Below are positions 1 to 8,950 of a stretch of 64,000 nt of DNA, in pieces. The notes beneath the pieces were generated by a model, which worked only from the letters and a program-made list of their open reading frames with translations, ran no database searches and was not told the DNA's origin. Position 1 is the stretch's first letter; every line of letters begins with the position of its first letter. This stretch comes from an uncultured Smithella sp. (GTDB lineage: Bacteria; Desulfobacterota; Syntrophia; Syntrophales; Smithellaceae), in the NCBI GenBank assembly GCA_964394185.1, contig CAYMWM010000003.1, positions 1,193 through 65,192 of the forward strand, read 5' to 3'. Made by a program: the position numbers and the translations under genes.

Positions 1-467
1 ATAATGGCCCGGTCAAGTATGGTCCGGTAAAAATTGAAGACCATGTTTGGCTGCCATGGAGAGTCTTTGTTCTGCCGGGAGTCACTATTGGCAGGCGTTC
101 CATTATAGGGGCAAATTCAACCGTTATCAATTCTATTCCCGCTTATACGATGGCGGCAGGTTGTCCCGCAAAGATTATGAAGTCAGGAGTTAATTTGGAA
201 ATGAGTCCTGAGGAGTTTAGAAAAAGAGTGGAAATTATTTTCTCGGAATATGAAAAATATTGTTTGAGGCTGGATGCAAGTGTACCCAAAGTTTTCCCTG
301 GTAATGCCTGTTTCTACAGATCTCATCTTGGTGAAAAACCACTGGCAACGGCTTTGATAAATATAGATATGAGCAATTATACTTGCCAGGCCGAAAAAGG
401 TATTGATCCATCAAACTTTTTGATGTTTTTGGTTAAATATGGGATTCGATTGGAGAGAATAAAATAA
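1..467 (+). CDS. Hexapeptide-repeat (left-handed beta-helix) sugar/acyl acetyltransferase, 5' end outside window
   Basis: Frame 3 is open from the window edge and runs into tracked ORF 150-467. The translation ...VWLPWRVFVLPGVTIGRRSIIGANSTVINSIPAYTMAAGCPAKI shows the hexapeptide periodicity of WbbJ/Maa-type acetyltransferases, followed by a ~95-aa non-repeat tail. Confidence 0.7.
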   Translation, partial: NGPVKYGPVKIEDHVWLPWRVFVLPGVTIGRRSIIGANSTVINSIPAYTMAAGCPAKIMKSGVNLEMSPEEFRKRVEIIFSEYEKYCLRLDASVPKVFPGNACFYRSHLGEKPLATALINIDMSNYTCQAEKGIDPSNFLMFLVKYGIRLERIK

Positions 468-574
468 AATTATTTTATCCACCGGCATTGATAAATTCTA
501 ATAAGTCTGTCTCGGTAAAAAAGTAAATTACTGAAGGAAATATAGCCTTGTATTATTAATATCAGGGTATCTCT

Positions 575-2236
575 ATGAAATTATCAGAATCATCTTCCCA
601 CAATACCGAATTACCTCAAACCGGATATTGTCGAAGAACAAGTTTGTTATCTGGCAGATTTAATGTCTTTGACCTGTTGGCAATAATCATCTGCCTGGCG
701 AGTTTTCTATGCAGTTTAACTGAATCGATTGTCAATAATGACAATCATCACTGGGGTGCCGCATATGTTGTGGCATTAGATTTGCGTAGAGGTGCTATCC
801 CATATTCAGAGGTGATTATCTTCTATGGATATCTGACAACCTGGCTTCACAGTGTCTCCTTGACACTTTTGGGAGAAAGGTTATTGAGTATCGGAGTTAT
901 CACGGGGTTATTCTATTCTTTTACATTATTTTTTTCATATCTGATTTTTCTCCGGTTTTTGAGAAAAAATATGGCGTTTTTTTCCCTACTGCTGCTTTTT
1001 CTGATTCATCCTTATATTATTTATCCGGGGCCTAATTACCTGGTTTATACTTTTCATCTGCTGGCATTGATTTTTTTTCTGCGATATCCCAAGGGGCGTT
1101 ATAATGGTTTACTTGCGGGATTTTTTCTGTGTCTGGCATTTCTTGCGCGTTTTACTTCCTTACAAGCAATTCTTCCTCCATTTGCCATCCTTCTTTTGTG
1201 TGATTTTTTTGCCGCCAAAGGAGAGAAGAAAAAAGCTATAGAAAAAATCTTCATAATCATTTCCGGCTTTATTATTCCGTTAACGTTGTTTCTTGCATAT
1301 CTTTTTATGAATTCAGCACTAAGTGCTTTCTTTTATGAAAATAAGATGCTCGCCATTACATGGGGAGGCATTGGAGATACCGATGTTTATTTAAATTTTT
1401 TAGCCTCCATACTTCAGATCGTGCCAAGTTATGCGTCTGATTTGCGTGGCAAACTTTTTACCATAATTTTGTTCGTCTGTTTATTGATCATAGTGAGGGA
1501 AGCCATCAGGAAAATATCCGGCGATTTTACGAAGTCGGTTTATGCCAACTACGATATCATGGCGGTATGCCTTGTTGCAATTTTCGGATATCTTAATTCC
1601 ATACATGTTTATGAAACCGCCCGGCTGGTTAATGGTGCGGCTTTAGGTGTCGGCATATGCACACTTCTTTTTTATGACTTATTTATGAAATTCCCAAAAC
1701 CTTTAAAATATATGCTGGTTTTGTTGGTTATCGGGCTGGTTCTGTTTTTATCATCCTCACTCTTTTTTGTAAGAACCACATCGGCTTATTACCCATGGAG
1801 ATCTGATGTTTTACTCCACAATGGCGTGTCTAATAAAACCATCGGAATATTTAAAGGCAAAATTTTGACTGAAGAGTTCAATAATTTTTATCAGGAAGCG
1901 TATGATGCAATCGCGCCTTTTAAAGAACATTGTGTCATTATCAATTACACACCTGATTGTGTGGCTTTGATTATGAATGACCTGCCGCGTGTCCAAATTT
2001 CCCCCATGCACTTTTCCTGGCTGGAAGACATGACCAAACAGGCAAAATTAATTGATGAATATAAGGCCGTCGTCCTTTCCTACAAACCGCTGGACTTCCC
2101 GGGTTATAATAATATTTTTAAAAAACAGTGGCCGGATGAGATACCGTGGTTAGGTGGAGGATATTTATTTATCTATGCGCCAAAGCAATATTCAGACAAT
2201 AAAAAAGATCTTCCTGTTCCCGTTGGTAAAAAGTAA
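575..2236 (+). CDS. Polytopic membrane protein, GT-C fold (ArnT/PMT-like) glycosyltransferase candidate with ~150-aa soluble C-terminal domain
   Basis: 553-aa ORF with roughly a dozen hydrophobic helices over the first ~400 aa and a hydrophilic C-terminus. It sits among glycosylation genes. The function is inferred from architecture and context only. Confidence 0.5.
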   Translation: MKLSESSSHNTELPQTGYCRRTSLLSGRFNVFDLLAIIICLASFLCSLTESIVNNDNHHWGAAYVVALDLRRGAIPYSEVIIFYGYLTTWLHSVSLTLLGERLLSIGVITGLFYSFTLFFSYLIFLRFLRKNMAFFSLLLLFLIHPYIIYPGPNYLVYTFHLLALIFFLRYPKGRYNGLLAGFFLCLAFLARFTSLQAILPPFAILLLCDFFAAKGEKKKAIEKIFIIISGFIIPLTLFLAYLFMNSALSAFFYENKMLAITWGGIGDTDVYLNFLASILQIVPSYASDLRGKLFTIILFVCLLIIVREAIRKISGDFTKSVYANYDIMAVCLVAIFGYLNSIHVYETARLVNGAALGVGICTLLFYDLFMKFPKPLKYMLVLLVIGLVLFLSSSLFFVRTTSAYYPWRSDVLLHNGVSNKTIGIFKGKILTEEFNNFYQEAYDAIAPFKEHCVIINYTPDCVALIMNDLPRVQISPMHFSWLEDMTKQAKLIDEYKAVVLSYKPLDFPGYNNIFKKQWPDEIPWLGGGYLFIYAPKQYSDNKKDLPVPVGKK

Positions 2237-2272
2237 TTATATTATTACAAAAATAGAGGCGCTTATTTTTTG

Positions 2273-3691
2273 ATGTCGAAGATATTATTAATTAAACCCA
2301 GATTTCTTGCCCCCGATTTCAAGACGATAACGCAGCCAATGGGACTGATGTATATCGCTGCCGCGTTGAAGCAGGTTGGCCATCAACCGAAAATTTACGA
2401 CTACTGCGGTGATCATAAAGACCTTCGTGCACTCAAGAATATCATTGCCGGGTGGAAACCTGATTTCATCGGCATCAGCATCATTGTAACCGAATTGGAG
2501 AATACAAAGGGAATTATGGAAATGATACGCCATCTGCTGCCGGACATTCCCGTGACATTCGGTGGGCCTTGGCCTTCGGTAAATCCGCAGGAAGCCATCG
2601 AGACCTTCGGCGCAGATTTTGTGGTTATCGGTGAAGGGGAACATGTATTTCCGGAACTGGTGGATGTGATAAACAAAGGACGTTCCCCAGAATCCGTCGG
2701 TGGAGTTGCATCCCTGGTCAAAGGAGAGGTGAAAATCAATCCGGGACGGACATTGACAGAAGAAGAACTGAATGCCCTTCCATTTCCGGCCTGGGACCTG
2801 CTGGATCACAGCCTGTACACGAAAATGCCTTCGGGAGCCGGTGTCGGATGCCGGCCCTATATGGCCATTGTCACTTCCCGCGGCTGTCCTTTCAGGTGTG
2901 CCTACTGCCACCGGACGATGGGCAAAGTTTTTAGAAAGAGGACAGCTCACTCGGTACTGGTGGAGATGGAAGAGCTTCACTTTAAGCACGGCTTCAGGGA
3001 GTTTGAGATTGTCGATGATTGTTTTAATCTGGACCGTGAAAGAATGTACGCAATTCTTAATGGCATTCGGGATAGACTTCCCTATGTTAAACTTCATTTC
3101 GGAAACGGTCTGCGGGCTGACATCCTTGAACCCGAAGACATGAAACTTTTCAGGCAGGCGGGGACTGTTTCTGCCGGTTTTGGCATAGAGACATCCAGCC
3201 CGCGGCTGCAAAAGATGATTCACAAGAATCTGAATATTAATAAGGCGGTTATTGCTATCAACGCGGCTGTCAAGGCCGGAATTTACACGTCCGGTTTCTT
3301 TATGTTCGGATTTCCGACAGAGTCTTACGAAGAGGCTTCTGCCACCGTTGAGTTTGCCGTTTGCTCCTCCCTGCACCGTGCATCATTCATGCTGGTTACA
3401 CCATTTAGCGGGACCGAACTTGCCGAAATGGCTGCGGACATCCTTAAAAACAGAAATGATGCAATTGACCCGAGAAAAATGACCTTTTTTACCAGCACAC
3501 TCAATGTTTCGGCAATGACGAACAGCGATTTACAGAAGGTTTTTCGGCAGGCCTACAGACGCTTTTATCTGAATCCCAAAAGATTATGGAATCTGGTCAT
3601 TAATCATCCGTATATCCTTTCGCTCCCGTGGTATGCGTTTATTGTATTGATCAATGCTCTGCCAATAAGGCGAAACCACACTGATTCATAG
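2273..3691 (+). CDS. Cobalamin-binding-domain (class B) radical SAM enzyme, paralogue 1 of 3
   Basis: N-terminal B12-like Rossmann segment (LLIKPRF..MGLMYIAAALKQVGHQPKIYDY) and the radical SAM motif SRGCPFRCAYCH (CxxxCxxC). The ATG at 2273 follows the TTG at 2270 used in the track. Confidence 0.9.
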   Translation: MSKILLIKPRFLAPDFKTITQPMGLMYIAAALKQVGHQPKIYDYCGDHKDLRALKNIIAGWKPDFIGISIIVTELENTKGIMEMIRHLLPDIPVTFGGPWPSVNPQEAIETFGADFVVIGEGEHVFPELVDVINKGRSPESVGGVASLVKGEVKINPGRTLTEEELNALPFPAWDLLDHSLYTKMPSGAGVGCRPYMAIVTSRGCPFRCAYCHRTMGKVFRKRTAHSVLVEMEELHFKHGFREFEIVDDCFNLDRERMYAILNGIRDRLPYVKLHFGNGLRADILEPEDMKLFRQAGTVSAGFGIETSSPRLQKMIHKNLNINKAVIAINAAVKAGIYTSGFFMFGFPTESYEEASATVEFAVCSSLHRASFMLVTPFSGTELAEMAADILKNRNDAIDPRKMTFFTSTLNVSAMTNSDLQKVFRQAYRRFYLNPKRLWNLVINHPYILSLPWYAFIVLINALPIRRNHTDS

Positions 3692-3785
3692 ATGTGAATG
3701 TCCTTCCTGGATCAATTGATGCATGCCATTAATGATCATAAACAAGTTACCCGATTTAAGAAAATATTTTCAGCTTAATATTACT

Positions 3786-3816
3786 TTGACACGCCTAATC
3801 ATTGTATATATATAAT
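3786..3816 (+). promoter_or_regulatory. Sigma70-like promoter candidate (TTGACA, then TATATA at 17 nt or TATAAT at 19 nt)
   Basis: TTGACA at 3786-3791, TATATA at 3809-3814 and TATAAT at 3811-3816. This places a predicted start within a few nt of the ATG at 3823. The surrounding DNA is AT-rich, so a chance match is possible. Confidence 0.3.
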
Positions 3817-3822
3817 TTTGCT

Positions 3823-5571
3823 ATGAAGGGGGAATATCTTATCGAGCAAAGCACAAAGGGCAGCACCTCTCCGGGAAAAAACAGTTACCTCGTGCTTTCC
3901 CTGGTGTTGTTCATGACGGCCCTCGTTTTTTCCGGCAGCATGAAGCTGGACTGGACTAACTGGGACGATGATTTGTACGTCTACAAAAATCCGGTTGTCA
4001 GAGAAGGAACGCTTAAAGAGGTTTTCACGACGTCTGGCGATTATAATATGTATGTCCCTCTGGTGATAGCGTCTTTCGCTCTGGAATGGAAACTGGTACA
4101 GGATAAACCTTTTCTTTATCACCTTGATAATTTGTTGCTGCATCTTTTCTGCACGGCGCTTGTGTTGCTGTTTTTTCGCAGGTTAGGGCTATCCGTTTGG
4201 TGGAGCGGGTTTGCCGCCATGCTTTTTGGCATCCATCCAATGCGGGTGGAAACAGTCGCGTGGGTTACCGAACGCAAGGAACTGCTCTGTACAGTCTTCT
4301 ATTTGGCATCACTGCTCTCTTATCTCCGCTATATAGATTCCGGCAAAATAAGGCATATGTTGATTTCCGGTCTTTTTTTTGCGCTCTCTATATTTTCTAA
4401 AACGGTGGCTCTGACACTGCCTTTCATCCTGGTGCTGCTGGACTGGTATTTTCGAAGAAAGTTTTGTCCGAAAGTTATCTTCGAGAAAATATTCTTTATT
4501 ATCGTAACCGTTGGCATAATGCTACCGCAATATTTTATTTTCAGTAAAACCAATCCCCCCAGTACCAGCCCTCAGGCAATCATGAATGCTTTTAATTATT
4601 TTGAACAAGCAGTCCTGGGTTGTTATGTTTATGCCATCTACATGCTGAAGTCCGTTATTCCATATACGTTGTCCGCGATGTATCCCATACCTGCTGCGCT
4701 TCGGACGGAGCACTGGATAGGCGCGGCCGTTGCCATATTTGCCGTCGGTGGCACACTAGCCAGGGCGCGCAAGGACAGATTTGCTGCCTTCGGTCTACTA
4801 TTCTTTTCTTTTAATATTGGTCTGCTCATTCTAGTTTCATTTTACCTGAGCGATTTTGCCTTCCTTAATGATCATTATTCCTATATCGCCTATATTGGCC
4901 TGTTCTTCGTCATTGCCTTGAGTCTGCAACGATTAACGGTTGAAATTTCTCCTGTCAGGATACCCGTGACGGGTTTTGCCGTTGGTCTGCTGGTCGTTTT
5001 GAGTTTTGTGACGATGAAATATATTCCCGTCTGGAAAAACAGCGAAACTCTCTGGACGCACGTTATTGAAAAATATCCGCGTCAATTTGCGACGGCTTAT
5101 TTAAACAGAGGCCACTACTGGTACGAAAACAATCGGCCGGACAAAGCACTGGAAGATTACAGCGCGGCAATCAAAATTAAAACGGCTTTTCCTGAGGCTC
5201 TGAAGAATCGGGCACTCATCTATCTGATAAAAAACGACTTGCCGAAAGCTCTTCAGGATTATAACCGATATCTTGAATTTATGCAGTCTTGCGATAATGG
5301 CAACAAAAGTGCCGAGCCCCGTATTTCCGATGCATTGGGCAACAGGGGGTTGATATATTACAGAATGGGACAATACTCCAAAGCGTTGATTGATTTGGAT
5401 TTGGCCATAAAACTCAATCCGTCGAATCCCACCAATTATTTCAACCGGGCTTCCGTCTATCAGAAAATCGGCCGCATCGCGGAAGCAAAAAGAGATGTAA
5501 GAAGAATCAGGCAAATGGGAGTCATCATTGATCCTGCGTTTGAAAAATTACTGAAGCTTAGCACGAAATGA
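3823..5571 (+). CDS. TMTC-like membrane glycosyltransferase (GT-C/PMT_2-type N-terminal domain) with C-terminal TPR repeats
   Basis: About 10 TM helices, then TPR-like repeats (YLNRGHYWYENNRPDKALEDYSAAIKI.., LGNRGLIYYRMGQYSKALIDLDLAIKLNP.., YFNRASVYQKIGRIAEA). The track ORF starts at 3802, but 3823 (MKGEY) lies just downstream of the promoter-like motif. Confidence 0.75.
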   Translation: MKGEYLIEQSTKGSTSPGKNSYLVLSLVLFMTALVFSGSMKLDWTNWDDDLYVYKNPVVREGTLKEVFTTSGDYNMYVPLVIASFALEWKLVQDKPFLYHLDNLLLHLFCTALVLLFFRRLGLSVWWSGFAAMLFGIHPMRVETVAWVTERKELLCTVFYLASLLSYLRYIDSGKIRHMLISGLFFALSIFSKTVALTLPFILVLLDWYFRRKFCPKVIFEKIFFIIVTVGIMLPQYFIFSKTNPPSTSPQAIMNAFNYFEQAVLGCYVYAIYMLKSVIPYTLSAMYPIPAALRTEHWIGAAVAIFAVGGTLARARKDRFAAFGLLFFSFNIGLLILVSFYLSDFAFLNDHYSYIAYIGLFFVIALSLQRLTVEISPVRIPVTGFAVGLLVVLSFVTMKYIPVWKNSETLWTHVIEKYPRQFATAYLNRGHYWYENNRPDKALEDYSAAIKIKTAFPEALKNRALIYLIKNDLPKALQDYNRYLEFMQSCDNGNKSAEPRISDALGNRGLIYYRMGQYSKALIDLDLAIKLNPSNPTNYFNRASVYQKIGRIAEAKRDVRRIRQMGVIIDPAFEKLLKLSTK

Positions 5572-6287
5572 TCATGGAAAAACTTTACATTGTAATGCCG
5601 GCCTATAACGAAGAAAATACAATAGCGACGGTTGTCGACGAATGGCATGCCGTTGCCGAAATGGTCGGCCATGGCAGTAAACTTGTCGTATTCAATGACG
5701 GCAGTAAGGACAGCACAGCAGGTATATTAGAAAAAATAAAAAATAAATATCCCCATCTCGTGATCATCAACAAAAAAAACTCCGGACACGGGCCAACATG
5801 CAGGCTTGCATATCAATATGCTGTTGATGAAAAAGCGGATTGGGTTTTTCAAACGGATTCCGATGGCCAGACAAAATCAGGTGAATTCGGGAATTTCTGG
5901 GAAAAAAGAAATCAATATGATTTTATTATCGGTCATCGCGTGAAACGGTCCGACAGCGTGGACCGGAGATTCATTTCACAAATTCTCAAACGGGTGCTGT
6001 TTATGATATTCAAGGTTACAGTGGCCGATGCCAACACTCCTTTCCGTTTGATGAAGGCTGAACGTCTGCGATATTATTTGCCATTAATTCCCAATGATTA
6101 TTTTCTATGTAACACGCTATTATCGGTACTGATTACAAAAAATAAGGAAAGAATTTTTTGGCAGGAGATTTCCTTTGCCCCGAGACTTTCCGGAATATCA
6201 TCAATTCCTCTGGCAAAATTCAGCAAACTGGCAATTAAATTGATACCGGAATTATATAAAATGAGAGACCTGAATCTTCCAAAATGA
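5568..6287 (+). CDS. Family 2 glycosyltransferase, Dpm1/ArnC-like polyprenyl-phosphate sugar synthase candidate
   Basis: IVMPAYNEENTI.. followed by FNDGSKDST and a DSDGQ motif, which is typical GT2 (GT-A) sequence. The start overlaps the previous stop (ATGA). Confidence 0.85.
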   Translation: MIMEKLYIVMPAYNEENTIATVVDEWHAVAEMVGHGSKLVVFNDGSKDSTAGILEKIKNKYPHLVIINKKNSGHGPTCRLAYQYAVDEKADWVFQTDSDGQTKSGEFGNFWEKRNQYDFIIGHRVKRSDSVDRRFISQILKRVLFMIFKVTVADANTPFRLMKAERLRYYLPLIPNDYFLCNTLLSVLITKNKERIFWQEISFAPRLSGISSIPLAKFSKLAIKLIPELYKMRDLNLPK

Positions 6288-7657
6288 AAATTGCACTGGT
6301 AAGACCCAATTACAGAAGCCATATCATAACGCCTCCGCTGGGGCTGGGTTATCTTTCCGCTTATCTGAAAAAGCACGGCATAAGCACTGTTATAATCGAC
6401 GGTCTGAAAGAAAATCTGAATTTACGCAGGATGATTAAAAGACTTCATGATTTGAAACCCGATGCCGTGGCCATCACCTGTCTTACCGCTTTTTACCAAC
6501 AAACCGTATTATTGTCGCGGGAACTTAAAAAAAATGGAATGACAACCATTATAGGTGGTCCGCATCCCACTTTTTTGCCCTACCAAACATTGGTTGAATC
6601 ACAGGCTGATTATGTCATCTGCGGAGAGGGAGAAATTCCACTTCTCGGTTTAATTAGGAACAATTTCTGCAATGATAATATTCAGGGTGTCTATTCCCTG
6701 GATAATCTAAAAGATGAAGGGCAGGCTGTTATAAAAGCAAAAATCGTGGAGAAACTGGATGTTTTACCCTTTCCCGATTGGGAGCAGATGAATCCTCATG
6801 ATTATCCTAAAGCCCCGCATGGCGCTATCATCAGGGGATTCCCGGTCGGTGTCATAGTGACCAGCCGCGGTTGTCCTTACGAGTGCACATTTTGCGCCGC
6901 GCCAAAATTTTGTGACAGAAAAATAAGATTCAGAACTCCTGAAAACGTTGTTGAGGAAATCGAGTATCTGATAAAGAATTTTAAAATCAGAGAAATCCAT
7001 TTTGAAGATGATAGTCTGACTTTCAATGCAGATAATGTAAAAAAGCTCTGCCGTTTATTGATAGAAAGAAAAATTAAAATTAATTGGGCTTGCCCCAATG
7101 GAATACGAGCGGATAATATCAGCCCGGAAATAATTCAATTAATGAAAAACAGCGGATGCTATTATTTCGCCTATGGCGTTGAATCCGCCAATCCTCAGAT
7201 TTTAAAAAAAATCAAGAAAAAGGAATCCATAGAAACCATTGAAAAAGCGATTGAGATGGCGGACAGGGCGGGAATATCCACTCAGGGATTTTTTATTTTT
7301 GGTCTGCCAGGAGAGACCAAAGAAACCATTGAAGAGAACATAAATTTTGCTCTGAGGTCAAGACTGTCGCGCGCTCAATTTATTATCCTCGATGTTTTAC
7401 CTGGTTCGGAATTATGGGACACCCTCAAGGGGGAATTTATTCCTAACTGGGAAAAGGAAAGTTACAGAGAACCGGAATGGCTGCCGGAGGGAATGACTAA
7501 AGATCAGTTGCTTGCGGCGCAGACGAGAGCCTTTAAAAAATTTTATTTAAGGCCGAAAATATTTCTTGAATTATTAAAATTAGTCGATCACAGACAAATT
7601 TCTTACCTCATTAGAAGATTTAAGATTTATGGATTAATAAAAAAAAGAACAATCTGA
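6284..7657 (+). CDS. Cobalamin-binding-domain (class B) radical SAM enzyme, divergent from the three close paralogues
   Basis: N-terminal B12-like domain (MKIALVRPNY..LGLGYLSAYLKKHGI) and SRGCPYECTFCA (CxxxCxxC). ATGA overlap with the upstream GT2 gene. Confidence 0.9.
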   Translation: MKIALVRPNYRSHIITPPLGLGYLSAYLKKHGISTVIIDGLKENLNLRRMIKRLHDLKPDAVAITCLTAFYQQTVLLSRELKKNGMTTIIGGPHPTFLPYQTLVESQADYVICGEGEIPLLGLIRNNFCNDNIQGVYSLDNLKDEGQAVIKAKIVEKLDVLPFPDWEQMNPHDYPKAPHGAIIRGFPVGVIVTSRGCPYECTFCAAPKFCDRKIRFRTPENVVEEIEYLIKNFKIREIHFEDDSLTFNADNVKKLCRLLIERKIKINWACPNGIRADNISPEIIQLMKNSGCYYFAYGVESANPQILKKIKKKESIETIEKAIEMADRAGISTQGFFIFGLPGETKETIEENINFALRSRLSRAQFIILDVLPGSELWDTLKGEFIPNWEKESYREPEWLPEGMTKDQLLAAQTRAFKKFYLRPKIFLELLKLVDHRQISYLIRRFKIYGLIKKRTI

Positions 7658-7809
7658 AAAATATGTCAATCACTTGTTTTATTATCAGGATTTGCTTTTA
7701 TTAACATCTGCGTATAAAATTTAAGCTTACCGCAAATGAACAGGTAAAAATAGTTCCAATTGCATGTGAGCTAATTTCTGCAAAAAGTTAAGGAGAATCT
7801 TTTGTATTC

Positions 7810-8865
7810 ATGAAAACAGCAATAAAAATGTTACAAGGGCTTATCCATGCCAAATACTTTTCCGCGCCATTCTATATGCATCTTTATGTTACGGAAAGGT
7901 GCAATCTCCAATGCAAAATGTGCAATATCTGGCAAAGAAAATCAAAAGATATGACTATGAAGGAAATAGAGCAGTACGCAGAAATCATGAAAGCGTTGAA
8001 AGTGCCCAATATAGTCGTAACCGGAGGAGAACCATTTCTTCATCCGGATATAATTGAAATTGTTAAATTATTGAATTTTTATGGATTTTCTTTAAGGCTA
8101 CAAACGAATGGAATTCTGGTTACAGAAGAAAAAATCAATGCCCTTGCCAAAGCCGGATTAAAAAATATTACTCTCTCACTGGATACACTGGATGAAGAAA
8201 AATTTGACTGGATTTGCAACTCAACAAGTCTTGTTCATAAAGTTGAAAAATCACTGGACATAGTGACCAAAAACATCGATGGTTTTGTTGTTGTTAATAC
8301 TGCCGTATCAAAAATTAATATTTCTGATCTGCCGATAATTGTTGAATTCGTTAATTCGAAAGGAGCCTACTCTTCCCTCATGCCTGTGCATCTGCGGCCG
8401 GACGAAAACATTCCTCACTTTTGTTACGGGTTTTGTAAAGAAATGCTTTTTTCGAAAAAGGATATTTCTGAAATAGAGAAATCCTATACTGAAATTTTGA
8501 GAATGAAGAAGAATGGATATAGAATAATTAATTCCAAAAAATATTTAGAGGCTTCTCTTGAATATTTAAGGACAGGCAATTATGCATGGAATTGTAGGGC
8601 CGGCGAAAGATTTTTTGTTGTGTATGCCGATGGCGGGATTGCTCCCTGTGACGCATTTCCTCCTTTATTCAATATAAAATCAAATTTCCCGGATCAATTC
8701 AGAAATCCCGAATATCGTGAAGGCGTCAGGCGCATAAGAGAGGGATGCAATGGCTGCATGTCGGCCTGTTGGCGCGAAACAAACCTGCTTATTGATGATT
8801 TTTCCACCAAGATGGAGCAAATGAGGCTTTATCTTAGAAAAATAACAGGCACCCATCATAAATAA
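7810..8865 (+). CDS. Radical SAM enzyme with C-terminal Cys-rich (SPASM/twitch-like) extension
   Basis: VTERCNLQCKMCN (CxxxCxxC), a GGEPF motif, and C-terminal CRAGERFFVVYADGGIAPCD plus CNGCMSACW. RBS AAGGAGAA lies upstream. Confidence 0.8.
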   Translation: MKTAIKMLQGLIHAKYFSAPFYMHLYVTERCNLQCKMCNIWQRKSKDMTMKEIEQYAEIMKALKVPNIVVTGGEPFLHPDIIEIVKLLNFYGFSLRLQTNGILVTEEKINALAKAGLKNITLSLDTLDEEKFDWICNSTSLVHKVEKSLDIVTKNIDGFVVVNTAVSKINISDLPIIVEFVNSKGAYSSLMPVHLRPDENIPHFCYGFCKEMLFSKKDISEIEKSYTEILRMKKNGYRIINSKKYLEASLEYLRTGNYAWNCRAGERFFVVYADGGIAPCDAFPPLFNIKSNFPDQFRNPEYREGVRRIREGCNGCMSACWRETNLLIDDFSTKMEQMRLYLRKITGTHHK

Positions 8866-8950
8866 ACAAGTTATATCTGGAAAAAGCTTAAATAATTTTC
8901 AAAGGTAAAACATCTCATCAAAAACGAAACAAGAAATAGACAATTGAAAT

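Noticed and set aside
2288-3376. 362-aa ORF on the - strand
   Set aside because: It lies entirely antisense to the class B radical SAM gene, which has clear B12-domain and CxxxCxxC motifs. Its translation is Arg/Gly/Ser-rich with no recognisable motif, as expected for a shadow ORF. The same applies to the antisense ORFs at 10485-11438 and 11900-13137 in the paralogues.
7664-7705. 13-codon ORF MSITCFIIRICFY between radical SAM genes, considered as a RiPP precursor
   Set aside because: It has no RBS, is very short and has no leader-like region. Other intergenic mini-ORFs in the island (for example in 11748-11902) are equally unconvincing, so I do not call a precursor peptide.
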